64,000 bases of DNA from Chlorokybus atmophyticus (GCA_009103225.1 RHPI01001715.1:1144011-1208010), one strand, 5' to 3'; positions 1-12,308 are shown, counted from the first letter of the stretch. Notes: generated from the letters alone by a model not told the origin. Translations and numbers: made by a program.

Positions 1-431
1 TAGTCCTAAAATCCCGTCAAACCCGCTCCGTAGGGTGATGCAGGAAAATCGCATATTCTCTTTCATCTTGCCAATGCGAACGCACAACTCTTTGGTCATA
101 AACGCAGCGCCATTACCTCTAGAGGGTGGCTCTCCATCAGCAAGCTTCACTTCACCTCGTAATGACGAAAACCAACCGTAACGCCGCGCAATATCAATAC
201 TCATAAAGTTGCTGTTGGCACCGCTATTAATCATGAGCTTACACTCCCTCCATCGTCCTTGGTCATCGCAAATGTGTGCTCGAAGCCCGAAGTACTTTGT
301 TGTCTCCTCTTTTGCATAACTCACCACCGTTGGCGCGTTCATAGCCATCTCCTCTTGCTTTCTTGATGGAAATGTCACAGCATCCGTCCGTGCATGAGGC
401 TCCTTCTTATCCCCAGCAGTAGCCTCCTCAC

Positions 432-1460
432 CTACTGGGAGAAGTCATTTTCCTGCTCCACGCCATTTTGCTCCATGGTGTTGACGCGACAATCACGGCG
501 AGGGTTGCCAATCGGTGTTAGCCTTTGCATGCTTTGTTTGGGGCATTCGTACGCCAAATGCTCAGTCGACCCACACGCATAACACTTGCGCACACCTTTA
601 CCTCTTTCACCACGTCCGCCATGCTTCGCCTCACTTCCACGCGTGTGTATGGCACCCACCTCCATTGGTGCAGGCCCAAAGTCAGCTCCACCTCCATTGG
701 CAAGCGCTAAACTTGGTTCTCCTTGTCTCCATGCATGTTGAAAGCCTCCCCGAGGCTGATCACCATGCCTTTGCCTACAGTCAGTGTTTCTTGTGGTGGA
801 CTTGAAGTACATCGCGTCGAGACGCTCCGCGATGCATATAGCCTCCGCGAGTGTTTTAGGGTCCCGTAGCTCCACTTCTTTACGGCCCGAAGGTTATAAA
901 CCACGTGTATACCTGTCCAGCTGCTCCTCCTCCGTCATATTGGGTATGGACATCACCAATCGCTGAAACGCAGCCGTGTACGCCATCACCGACCCCATTT
1001 GTACAAGGGCTGCAAGTTGGTCGCTTGCGGCCTTCACGCTCTCAACGGGAACAACAAATTGAAGCCTGACCTCCAGTGCCAACTCTTCCATGGTGGTCAA
1101 TGGTAGCGCCAACCCATTTGCGACACGCGTACATCGATGCCTCCACCATACAAGTGCTGCACCTTCAAGCAATGTCGCTGCACCCTCCACGTGCAGATGC
1201 GTGGGCACCTCCATGAGCTTCAACCAAGACGATACTTGAAAATTCCATTCATCCACCGCATCCATCACGTTGACCCTTGAATGGCTTGGGCTTTGGCACC
1301 TTCACATGCACGCGCGAGCTTGATGCCATGGGAACTTGTACACGCGCCATCGCATGCTCATACGCCTCGCGTTGTGCTTGTGCCGCCGCTTGAGTGTGAT
1401 GAAGCTCCTCCTTCAATGCTAAGATGGCAGCATGAAGCTCTTCCATGCGAGCATCCTCCA
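432..1460 (-). pseudogene. gag: gag of copy A1, split by two frameshifts
   Basis: ORFs 1249-1803, 894-1268 and 432-875 give KVPKPKPFKG, retrotrans-gag-like LEGAALVWWR..YTAAFQRL and a CX2CX4HX4C knuckle. Confidence 0.85.
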
Positions 1461-1540
1461 TCTCCACTAACACACCACACTCCGTTTCCGAATGAAAAGT
1501 GTAAACGCCCACACACTTCCGCTCTCCCTTCGTAAATCGT

Positions 1541-1552
1541 GCTCCGATACCA
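1541..1552 (-). promoter_or_regulatory. Primer-binding site for tRNA-iMet
   Basis: Minus strand TGGTATCGGAGC, 2 nt after the LTR CA; canonical is TGGTATCAGAGC. Confidence 0.85.
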
Positions 1553-1554
1553 GT

Positions 1555-2223
1555 TGTGACGGTGCTCGTGCCTTGCCACCTGTGAGTTGGTCCAATCAAC
1601 AACCCTCTCACCAAGGCACAGTATTCACACCGGAACCTTGCCCCCTCTGCCAAGCACACACGCGCGCCCCGCCACTCGCGTACGCACTCGCATGCGCTCG
1701 AAGCTACACACCGACTTGTGCAGCGCCTTGGATCGTCACACAAGCAAGCATACACCAGTGGACACTTGCTAGCAACCCCTGCTAACCACCACCAAGCTTG
1801 CACACAAGAAACTAGGGAGCTAAAGGTTGTATTGCAAATTGTAGAATGTCACTTTTATACCTACCAGTCTGCACATGCTACTATCTAGACAAATCTAGCG
1901 CTAGACAGAACTAGAAGCTAAGATATTCTTGCAGAATCTTGTAGTACACTTCTAGACCTTTCCGACGTACCAAAGATCTCCTCATTTGCTGCTCATATGG
2001 TCAAGTTATACTACTTGGCGCCAGGCCCTTCTAGAAATCTGGTCGAGCCCTTCTCGACTGGCCCTCCGTTTTCTGGCGTCTTCCAGACTGGCCCTGAGCC
2101 AATTGATATCTGCGACAGACTCGTAACTCGCCGATATCCGCCACAAGTCATGAAAAACATGATACCTCACAAATAAGGCCTAAAATGGCCATGAAAATCA
2201 CGAATTTGGCCTTGACTATTACA
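1555..2223 (-). repeat. 5' LTR of Gypsy copy A1 (~669 bp)
   Basis: Minus strand starts TGTAATAGTC at 2223 and ends CCGTCACA at 1555. Homology to 32012-32681 stops exactly at these ends. Confidence 0.9.
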
Positions 2224-2230
2224 GCGTTGC

Positions 2231-2345
2231 GTGAGCAAAAGGTGGCATGCCTAGTGGAGATAATGCGCTGCGTGAGCAAGAGGTGGCATGCTACTTGAAT
2301 GCGCGCTGAATGAGCAAAAGGCGACATGCTGAGCTGGCATAAAGG
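2231..2345. repeat. Degenerate ~41-bp tandem repeat, 3 copies
   Basis: TGAGCAAAAGGTGGCATGC-like core at ~2232, 2273 and 2312. Confidence 0.6.
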
Positions 2346-2713
2346 AAAAAGGTGTGCGTGAGACAAGGACAGAAGTTACACAACTAGTTTAAGTTACAAG
2401 TCACACAACTAGTGCACTCATACAGTGGGCATAGTCCAGGGTGCATTTGTACAGGGCTATAGGCAGGTGGCAATATGTTAGGCTGTACAGATATACATGC
2501 AGGCACAGCACAACACAGCACCAGGCGCAACCAACTATTACACAGCCAACTGTGCACCAGTGCACGACCTTAGGGTCCTGCCTGAGGAGGGGGCTTGCAC
2601 TTGGAATCAGTGCCTTGCTTGGTATGGCGAGGTGCTCGGTGGAGGGGATTTCAAGGGAATCTGGCATGGCGCGCATATGGAGTTTAAGAGGGGGTCGCTG
2701 GAGGAGCCGGGGG

Positions 2714-2800
2714 GGTGCTGAGCGGGTGCTGAGCGGTCTCGGGTGCTGGTACCCTTACGGAGCGGGCTGCTGTATGTGCTGAGCGGGTGCTGAGCGGTTG
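2714..2800. repeat. 11-bp GGGTGCTGAGC repeat cluster
   Basis: Two doublets of (GG)GTGCTGAGC at ~2714-2736 and ~2776-2797. Confidence 0.6.
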
Positions 2801-3325
2801 TTGAGCAGGAGGTTGCTGCTGGTCACCGGACAGGGGCTCATTGCCACCGTTGAGATGGGACGCTATCTGGGTATACGCACTCTTAAGTTAGCAGGCATGC
2901 TCACGGACTGCAAAACCACAACCTCACTACCAGAGACAGACACATGCACACACAAACACAAACACGCAGCCAAGCATGTACGCATGCACAGCAAAAGGTG
3001 GCAAAAGAAGTAGACTAAGCCTTGCCAACAAGTAAGCAAGCAAAGCAGAAGGCCATGCAGGCGCTCACCGCGGAGACGGCGACTTTGAAAGCCCCACCGC
3101 CCACCTACACGGCCTCGACAACGCCCACACAGCCGGCGCCAGTAACCATGCCCTGCTTCGGACGTAGACAACAATGAACCTTAACACCCCCTGTGGCGAT
3201 GGCGGCGACCTTGAAAGCAACATCAGAACAACAGGTCACAGGCCTAGGCCTGTCAGTGTCACACCGCCGCAACAGGCTGAAAAACCGCACCACTTTCAGG
3301 TGTCCATTTTCAGCTTGACGTTGAC

Positions 3326-3600
3326 ATGGTGCAGACGTCTGCAGGTTAGGATTGCCGGTGGCGTACAGTCCGGGCCATGCTTGGTGCGGAAGGAACCTCA
3401 AACCTTGCATGGTGCAGACGTCCGCGGCTCATGACTGCCGGTGGCGGACAGTCCACGCCACGCTTGGTGCGGAACACGACACACCCCGCCTAGGCTGGTC
3501 GCAGATCGGTGACCAGCCGCACCAAAAATAAACCATGGTGCGGACGTCCGTGGCTTACGAACCAGAGTCCATGGTTGGCGCGGATCTCATCGAAGCAGGG
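3326..3600. repeat. ~82-bp degenerate tandem repeat with TGGTGCRGA cores
   Basis: ATGGTGCAGACGTC..TGCCGGTGGCG.ACAGTCC..GCTTGGTGCGGAA at ~3326 and ~3408, and a partial third copy at ~3535. Confidence 0.6.
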
Positions 3601-4384
3601 TTCCGGCGCGGCCTCCTTGGCGCAGCCGGTCGTACCAGCCATGGTTCGGTTTCGTGGAACCCTGGTTCCAAATTGCTTTCCGCCGTGTATAAGACATGCA
3701 TGCATGCATGGCAATTGCAGCCACTTGCACATGCGCCTTGGTTAGCGGCCTTTTTGCAGTAGCAGCCAACAGCAGGAAGATTAGGACGTGGACTCCCCCT
3801 CCCTCCCCATCATAATAACAAAGTACGCGACTTTTGGCGAATTAAAACACTATAGTACACGTACAACAAGCAGTTGTTAATAATACATTGAAAGTACGTG
3901 AAATCTTACGATATTGGGCTACAATAGGTCATTTTTCGTGAATAACCGGGGATAGCGCAGCAAACGGGCTTTTGCGTGCGACTTGTCACGCGCCGGGTAC
4001 GTCGAGGCAGTGCCGTGTGACCCACCTTGCATATCAGCATTGCAAGTAACAAAGCATCTTTGAACCAGTTTTATGATATCACAAATTAAAATGTTATGTG
4101 ACATCATTGATAATGACTTTGATCATATTATATCATTGGTGGATCAAACACTGTATGATAATGCATTATATTGTACAATGAGTTGCCCATCACTTGTTAG
4201 CACACATATCGCATCACAAACATCACTAATATGTCTTAATATTACGCATGATTAAAGTATGAATAAAATACTGGCCGACGCATTGTGGGAAAAGTACGGA
4301 AAAACACGCGTACTTTGCATACCACGTACTAATACGCGTACTGCATTCTTTGTAACTATGCTCCCCATCGCTCGCCCACACCCT

Positions 4385-4943
4385 CGCTGTTACGACGAGG
4401 GTCCGGCCATCTAAGCCATAAAAGACCATGGTTAATATTATGGCTATTTCTATTCTTATGTACGCCCAGCTCCCTGGTTGCCGTAACACACCTCCCCCAT
4501 TGGAATGTAGCACGTCCTCGGCTACTTCTATAGGGTCCTTTGTCTTAACCCTTCGCCCTCGGGCGACCTAGCCATCTCGACCGACGACCACGCACGGTCG
4601 TCTCTTTACAATCACTTTCGTTCGCGTTTTAGCAAACGCTCTTTCAAGATCCCTCGATCTCATTCTTGGGACCGTTTTGAATCGCATTCTTTGCCGTCCC
4701 CTTTCATTCCTTCCGACATGCGACTTTTTTCCCAAGGCCGCAGAAAAATCTCTTGGATCTTTACCAATTGGAAAATTGCCGCTCTATCCCCCTTGAGGAT
4801 CGAGCCCGCGGCCTTTGGATTGTCAGCTCCAATACAAAATGTTCCAACAAGGATCCGGCCATTTAAGCCATAAAAGACAATGGTTGAAATTTTGGCTCTT
4901 TATATTCTTATGTATTACGACCAGCTCCCAAGCTGCCGTAACA
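4385..4943. repeat. Dispersed ~100-bp direct repeat pair (4385-4488 and 4858-4943)
   Basis: GGCCATYTAAGCCATAAAAGAC.ATGGTT..ATTCTTATGTA..CCAGCTCCC..GCCGTAACAC appears in both. Confidence 0.65.
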
Positions 4944-5380
4944 CTCATCGCCTCTTCCCCCGTCATCTATGCTGCCGCTGGCAACCATGGTTACAGTTAC
5001 ACGCATTGGCGCACAGCATGCATCGGCAGAGTATGTCGTTAATATTGTGCTGGCACGTCGTCGCTGTGCGTGCTTCTCGCTTCAAACGGGCAGACGCCTC
5101 TGCTCCCCAGGTAGCCTCCATCAGATGTTCTTGTCTTACACACTGCCATGCATGGCCAATAAAGCGGGCACTACTACTAGGCACAGGATCTACACTCACA
5201 CATGGTGCCCCCAGTCTAGCACCAACTACCTAACATACATCACATACCCATGCATGCGTCACAACATGCAACCGCCGTGCATTCACACTGCTTTAGCTGC
5301 ACATTCCACACCAATCGTGCCCATTGAAGCATGCAACCATATGCCGCAACATAGGGTAGCCAGGCCCACATTAATACTGC

Positions 5381-5567
5381 ATGTAGTACTTAAGCGCATA
5401 CTAGCATAATGAAGGATACATTATGTGCGACATGTAACCTTAATGACACTTCTATGATTTTCAGACAATTTGCATGTAGTACTTAAGTGCGTACTAGCAT
5501 AATAAAGAGTACATTATGTGCGACGTGTAACCTTAATGACACTTCCATGATATTCAAACAATTTGCA
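5381..5567. repeat. ~93-bp tandem duplication
   Basis: ATGTAGTACTTAAG..ACATTATGTGCGAC.TGTAACCTTAATGACACTT..ACAATTTGC occurs twice head to tail. Confidence 0.8.
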
Positions 5568-6999
5568 TGACATGCCAGTTCTTGGTGGAGAAGATACATG
5601 ACATGGATTATGTTCGTCGCGTACATTCAATGTTAATTGTATGGAAGTGACGCGTTGGTTGGCTAGTTAATAAACACGCTAGCGCTTCCTTGGGCCCCTA
5701 TTGATTGTTTGCTTGGTTTTGCCTGGCCGCTTGCATTCAAGTGGCATGTGCCTTATGTACATGTTGCACAACTAGTAAGCTTTGCATTTAAGCTTTGTAC
5801 ACATACATCAATATCATACATGTGCAGTCAATTAGGCATGATATGTAAATTCTGCAGTACAATCTCCCATGAATGCAACTATATCATGGTAGTGCATTGC
5901 AATACACGACATGTGTTTATGGTCATAAATGTGTATTGCGCTGCGCAAGCGTTGACAATGTCAAACTTTCATTGACAAACACTACCACACGCATTAACAA
6001 AAGACAATTAGTTGACAGAGGATGGATAACATCCTACACCATAACTACATATTGATGACATACAAATACACCCACCTTGTGTGCACAATGCAAAGAAAGG
6101 TGTCTGATATGCAAGCGAGTACCAAGATTTATTGCAGTGCACGACCAAAATGCAAGCAATGTCCGTCAACATACATACAGCCCCATTTTAGATCTTGCTT
6201 AGAAGACGCGCTCCCCATGCAGACAGTAACATCAGTCAGAGCGCGAAGTTGGGTGTGGTAATCTCGCAGGTTGTGTGCATTTTATCCACACTTGTACCAT
6301 GTGTGAGCATTTTGTGATGGAGATGGTGCAGTGCTGCTGAGATCTCATATGAAGCTGATGTTGGGTACTTTGCGTGCTAAGATGCAAAGGATGGAAGGCA
6401 TTCTGTATAACATGAGTTACCAGCAGCTGTATGTCCTGATGTCCCGGAGAGTCTTAGCCACGCCGTGACAATGGTAAGTGAGGTGAGGGAGGTATGCATG
6501 CATGCATGCTGGCACGTGTGTGGGGAGCAATGTATCTGCCCGCACACGTATTCTATGTAGGCTTGTATGAAGTGATCATGCTAACGGACTAACTGCCTAA
6601 CCGACTACCTGTCTGGCCTAGCGCACCAACTGCTGTTATCAAGTCATTTGCTGCGTCATGATGACGTGGCGGCAGCCATTGCGACTATATTCACCTGCGG
6701 GGCTTACACTACGAGCCTCAAGACCTATAGCCTTGCAACCGCCACAACTTCGCCATTCACGCACAGCATCCCCACCCTTCTCGCCAACCCGTTGTCTGTT
6801 GAGGCTACCCTTGTTGCGGCCTGCACGACCACAGCAATTGCCTAACCCTTAGCACCTATTACTCAGATCGACTAAATTGTACCCTGCTTGCTGCTTACTG
6901 CTCCACCCCGTGCCCTCACCCCGCTCATGCACTTAGCTACAAGCACATAGCCTACCATGCCCTTGTCAATGCCTTGATGATGCTTTGCAACTGCCTACT

Positions 7000-7811
7000 T
7001 GTGTGTGTGTACATACAATGCGAAACGGCAATGCACATGCATTGTCACCACGCAGACAGCAATCAGCAGGCGCACACTCTCACATATATTCAACCACCGG
7101 GCTACACTAATACATCTAGGCCAACAACTACACCACCACCCCGTTATTCATGCAAGCATGCATGCAGCAAAATGCAATCACCTGCACAACGGCCGTTGGT
7201 TAGCGGCCCAGTCTTAGCCGAGGCAGCAGCAGCAGCAGCAGACCCAACGGACTCCCCCTCCTCCTCCGCCCACATCACCTCCACCCACAACTGCATCATA
7301 CACCCTGCTGCGGCTGCGTCGTTAGGGTTTGCGCCCATTAGCGCGCAGCATGCATACGCACAGCATGTCGCACTCCCTTTTCGCAGTGCTGTGTACTCCA
7401 CCGCGATGACACGGGCAGACCTCGCTGCTCCCCATGTACTGCAATTCGCCGTAGTAGTCCTGCTCGGGTGCTCCTTGCACGAAGTGAGGGCGAGGCTGTC
7501 GATGCCGGCCAAGCACTGCCTGCATGCATGGCCAACGGGTTGCTGCCTCGCTGTGCTATTCGCATGTCTATGCATGCATGGTGCCCCCGGTCAAGCACCC
7601 TATTTACACCCAACAGTCACAAGCAATCAGCAACCAACCTATGGGACTAAGGGGACCTCCCTATGCCTCAACATAGGGTAGCTAGGCGCACACCTTAACC
7701 AGCGTGGGCTGACCTAGCTTGCCTCTGGCTCGGGACGGCCTGAAGGACTGCCAGGGCGTAGTATGTACACGTCGCACTCCCTTTGCAGTGCTGTGTACTC
7801 CACCGCGATGA

Positions 7812-7815
<4 letters not shown>
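7000..7815 (-). mobile_element. ORF-less mini element related to the adjacent Penelope-like element (non-autonomous derivative)
   Basis: 43-bp direct repeat at 7370-7413 and 7773-7815. 7000-7300 is collinear with the PLE terminal repeat and 7575-7760 with the PLE 5' leader. Abuts (GT)n. Confidence 0.6.

Positions 7816-7873
<58 letters not shown>
7815..7873. repeat. (GT)n microsatellite ending at a single-N gap (7874)
   Basis: Direct reading of the sequence. Confidence 0.97.
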
Positions 7874-7874
7874 N

Positions 7875-10800
7875 TAGGGTATGTGAAGTGCTGTGTGAGA
7901 CACACGCATACATATGCCACATGCACGCCAACACTCACATGCACACTACCAATTCAGTTTATCGAGTTGTACACCATCACTACCGGGCTAACCACTATCA
8001 CTATGACACTACCGCCCGTCCCCGTTAGCCATGCATGCATGTTGACATGGTGTTACCTGCCCACAGGGCCGTTTCAGTCAGTTCTGTTCAGCGTCGCAGT
8101 TGCTGCAGCATCAAAGACCAGCAGGACTCCCTCCCCTCCTCCCCCTCCTCCCCCTTCTCCGCCACCCCCCCCTTCCTCTGCCTCTCTCATCTCCCAAACC
8201 CTCTGCGCGTGAGCCACCCCCGCGGTGGTCCTGCTGTCGCTGCCACCCTTGCGCTGCAGTGCCAACGTCAGCACTGCACTGCGCAGGGTCCTTGCGTCCT
8301 TGCTGACAGTTAGGTCTGGTCGGTGGGGTTGGGTGGTGGGGTTGGTGTGGTATCTTCTTCGCACAGGCACACTGCGCTACCACGCAGTGTGCTCCCCGCG
8401 CACGCTCAGCGTTGTCGTTGTTGTGCGGTGCTGTTGCAGCGACTGACACAGCATTCTGTACATCAGTGCTGGGGGCGTGCAGTAAGTGTATTCGGCGCTC
8501 CGCCTCATGTGTTGTCTGAGTGTAGCTAGCATGCGCTTCATGGGATGGCCTTTGGCGTGCATCGCTTGCAACAACTGTGTCATGGCTTGCAGGCAGTGCT
8601 TGCGATAAGTACATATGCGTGTAAAGCGCATGTATTGCGACTCCACTACGCCCAGCTTCACGCTGCTCGGGATGTTGGACTGGGGTAGCGGGGCTCTGTG
8701 GTAGGGAATGCGGGTGTAGTTTGGCAGTTTGCGCTTGCAGTACCATCGTGTACACAGTCCGTCCACTGTCTGAAATAGTGCCAAGTCCAAAAACGGCAGT
8801 GTTGTCGCAGCCGCTGCACATGTGACTGTCAGTGCGCCTCTCGGGTACAGCCCACCTCCTAGCACGTTGGGGTCTAGGTACAGTAGCTTGGCAGAGTCCA
8901 CCAGATCCACTACCAGCAAATCATCTATATAACGCAAGACGCCTCGGGCACATTGCGCCAGAATGCGAGGTTGCCTGCGTGTCGCAGGCGTTGTACAAAC
9001 TGCAGCTCGTACGTCAACAAGTAGCCGTTCGCCAAATGCACCCCGGCGTTATTCCCCATGGGAATGCCCACTCTTTGTCTGTACAGTTCATCTCCGGCCG
9101 TCCTGATATAGAGATTGTCCAGCAGGAAGCTCAACATGTCTTGTAGACTCTGTGGCGTGAATGTTCTCCACACTGCATCATCGTCTACATGATATGAGGC
9201 CGAGGCTGTCCACTTATGTAAGACTGAGCCATCTGCTTGCAATGACAGATGCAGATGCGTGTTTCTGGCGTGCCTCCGTTGGTAATCAAATGTCAGCGCC
9301 ACCAACCAGGTCATGCGCTTCAGCAGGTCATAATGTGGAATTGTTGTATACAGCGTGGAGAAGTCATAAGTCTCCAGTAGTAGATGGCGCCGCTTGGCTG
9401 CTGTTGTTCGCGTCGTGTTGAAAGCTGATTACAATCGACCAAAGGCTCTGCTGTCTCCCATTATCCAGCTGTGGTGCACACCATGCAGTGCCACCTCTGC
9501 CCAGACATCATGCCAAACCGGTTGCATTGCCTGATAGACTCACGCCAACCAGATACTGGCATCCGACAGTGTCGTGGCGTAGGCGGCCGCGATAAAGCGT
9601 GGCTTGGGGGGTACCTTGTGTAGTTTATACAGCAGATACAAATGTGGCAAACGCTGTGGTTGTTGCGCGCTGCGGAAGCCTTTGATGCGATTCCATTCTT
9701 CATGGCGGTCGATCACCAGTTGGGGCGACAGTTCTTCTCGCTGATACGTCGGTGTGAAGATTTCAGTGGCAAGACATGTCAGGTAATGTTTTTTGCAGAC
9801 CAGCACAATCACTCCGCTACACTTGTCAGCTTCGGTAATGATGAAATCACGTTGCAGCCGCTTCAACTCTGCAGCATCTCGCTGCAGCATCACTTGTTGG
9901 CTGGATGGTTGTGTCGTTGTTAGCGTCGACGCTCGCTCATGTATCAACGGCAACAACGTGGTTGTCCATTGCTGTAATGCCATTGGTTGTGCCCAGTGCT
10001 GTTCCATGTCTCGTGTGAAGCGCCACACCGCTGAGTCAATTGCTGGCAAACAAACTTGCACATCTGCTGGCACTGGGGCACGGAATTTTGTCCCCCGTTT
10101 CAAGATCGTTCTCATCATCTCTGAGCTGGTCACGGCATCGTAGTCACACGTCACTATATGTCCCAAGTCCGGATGCACCAAAGCCGCGTAGCTTGTGCGT
10201 GAACAGATGCAAGTGCGTGCTGACATGATGGACAGCTGCTGCTCCGCTGAAGCATCTGTGACTGCCGTGGTGTGGTTGCACAACATGCTGCCCACTGTTT
10301 GACTGCCGCGCCATACTACCAGAGGCAAGCCCATGCGTGCACGCGCATGCGGGGGTAGCGCGGACTGCACAGATGGATGTGACAACAGCTGCTGTACCGC
10401 CAAAGCGTCCATGGCGGCGTTTTCAAAGGGGCAGGCAATCAGCAAGCGGGCATTCCTTGTTTGTGGTAGGGCAGTTGGGTAATTGTTCAAAAGACGTTGC
10501 AGCGTTCCCAACAGTGCTTCTGCGTTGGCTGATAGGATGTGCAGATCTTCCGGCGCGGTATGCTGGAGCACATTGAGCATCTTGTGCAGATTGAGTAACT
10601 TGCAGTTCAGCAGCTCCATAACATCGCAACGTCCGCTTCTCATGCGCTCCGCCCAGTGCTGTATGCGCCTGAAATAATTTCTGTATCCAAACACCCTCCC
10701 CGATAGTAGTGTGTGCAGTGTTGTTTGTCGTTGGTGGCGCAGTTGGCGGCGGTGCCAGTGTGGCAACCTTGCCCTTTTGTATGGCGAGTGTTCCACATTA

Positions 10801-12032
10801 TACCCGCGAGGTGTTACTGTACGAAGGCGTCTTGTCCATAGCCATTCCTTGTGGGAGGCGCGGAGATGCCTCTGTGCTGTCGTCTCGTTCGTCAACAAGG
10901 GTATCTTCTCCACTGGTGAGACTCCCCAGCAGTGCACGGGAATTGTGCGCATCGTCAGCTCCAGCAGTCTCGCATTCGCATGATGTGACGATGTGTAATG
11001 TCCTTTGAACCTTTCAAACGCTGTTGTCACCGTCATACCAACGTAGCACTTCTTCGCTCCTGTCAAAGAGTACATCACGTAGATGACGTGGGTGTCTTCA
11101 ATGGGTGACAATGGCGGTATGGCTCCTACTATTCGCTGCACCATTGTGCGTATTCTTCGCAGCACTGGCAACTGCCAGTGTAAATGAGCGTCCAGCAGTC
11201 TTTCTTTAACGTGTGCCCAGTCCCAATGCGATTGCGTCATCGCATCCATCCACTGCATTGCATGGGCAACGGGGTAGGGCCTATCACTTGGACATACTAC
11301 TACCTAGCATGCATGGTGCCCCCGGTCAAACACCTGTTATCCTCATCAACAACCTCACTACAATCGTCGCTAGGCAACTATCAGCAGCCAAGCAACACAC
11401 CACTGGCACATGCATAACCTATGCCTTGGCATAGGGTAGCCAGGCGCTTACCTGTACAGCGTAAGCTAACCTGGCTGGCCTCTGGCGTGGGCTGGCCTCA
11501 ATGCGACCACTAGGGCATGATGTGTATAGGGCATGTGAAGTGCTGTGTGAGACACACGCATACATATGCCACATGCACACCAACACTCACATGCACACTA
11601 CCAATTCAGTTTATCGAGTTGTACACCATCACTACCGGGCTAACCACTATCACTATGACACTACCGCCCATCCCCGTTAGCCATGCATGCATGTTGACAT
11701 GGTGTTACCTGCCCACAGGGCCGTTTCAGTCAGTTCTGTTCAGCGTCGCAATTGCTGCAGCATCAAAGACCAGCAGGACTCCCTCCCCTCCTCACCCTCC
11801 TCCCCCTTCTCCGCCACCACCCCCTTCCTCTGCCTCTCTCATCTCCCAAACCCTCTGCGCGTGAGCCACCCCGCGGTGGTCCTGCTGTCGCTGCCACCCT
11901 TGCGCTGCAGAGCCAACGTCAGCACTGCACTGCGCAGGGTCCTTGCGTCCTTGCTGACAGTTAGGTCTGGTCGGTGGGGTTGGGTGGTGGGGTTGGTTTG
12001 TGTGTGTGTGTGTGTATAGGGTATGTGAAGTG

Positions 12033-12040
<8 letters not shown>
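7875..12040 (-). mobile_element. Penelope-like retroelement with N-terminal GIY-YIG endonuclease (Naiad/Chlamys-type domain order), near full length, inactivated
   Basis: ~470-bp direct terminal repeats at 7875-8346 and 11527-11998, plus a third short 3'-end copy at 12017-12040. Internal EN-RT ORF. (GT)n on both sides. Confidence 0.88.
8377..11258 (-). pseudogene. PLE polyprotein: GIY-YIG endonuclease, CCHH-like linker, Penelope-type RT and thumb; two in-frame stops and one frameshift
   Basis: Motifs in order: IYVMYSLTGAKKCYVG..ERFKGH..LRTVTPRGYN; CICS..HPDLGHIVTCD; ADK; LPHLYLLYKLHKVPPKPRFI; YDFSTLYT (~9340-9380); QRVGIPMG; YIDD; LPFLDL. Confidence 0.9.

Positions 12041-12071
<31 letters not shown>
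12000..12071. repeat. (GT)n microsatellite interrupted by a 24-bp PLE 3'-end copy
   Basis: GT runs flank TAGGGTATGTGAAGTGCTGTGTG, which matches the sequence at 7875. Confidence 0.9.
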
Positions 12072-12072
<1 letters not shown>

Positions 12073-12308
12073 ATTTGGTGTTTGCTTCCTTGCGTGCGTG
12101 TGTGAGCACACTTGCATCAGTACCACCGGAAAGCCTATACAATTTAGTTAATTGGTTAACCCTAAACACTAGACCTGCAAGTATGCACATCTATAGGAGG
12201 TGTGTCTGGCACAACACTCGGTCACTGTAGCCATGCAACTCCTAGCGACTGAGCTGAAGAATGACATGCGCCAATTATGTACACAGGGCAATCTTGCCCT
12301 CAGCTGCC

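Larger units (their letters stand above)
1..2223 (-). mobile_element. Ty3/Gypsy LTR retrotransposon copy A1, 5' part (5' LTR, PBS, gag, protease); continues beyond the window start
   Basis: Near-identical to 30461-32681. LTR with TG..CA ends, iMet PBS, gag with CCHC knuckle (CYACGSTEHLAYEC), protease-like LMINSGANSNF near 200-240. Confidence 0.92.

Noticed and set aside
2231-5567. CRISPR-like arrays
   Set aside because: Repeats are degenerate tandem units without unique regular spacers; no cas genes; eukaryotic context.
9540-9542. In-frame TGA in the PLE ORF as selenocysteine
   Set aside because: A TAA and a frameshift follow in the same ORF, so CGA to TGA decay is simpler; no SECIS was identified.
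7400-12000. Hammerhead ribozyme in PLE repeats or leader
   Set aside because: No CUGANGA plus GAAA core with proper stems on either strand in the repeats or leaders. CTGATGAG at ~16296 and CTGACGA at ~49087 also lack a GAAA and stem II.
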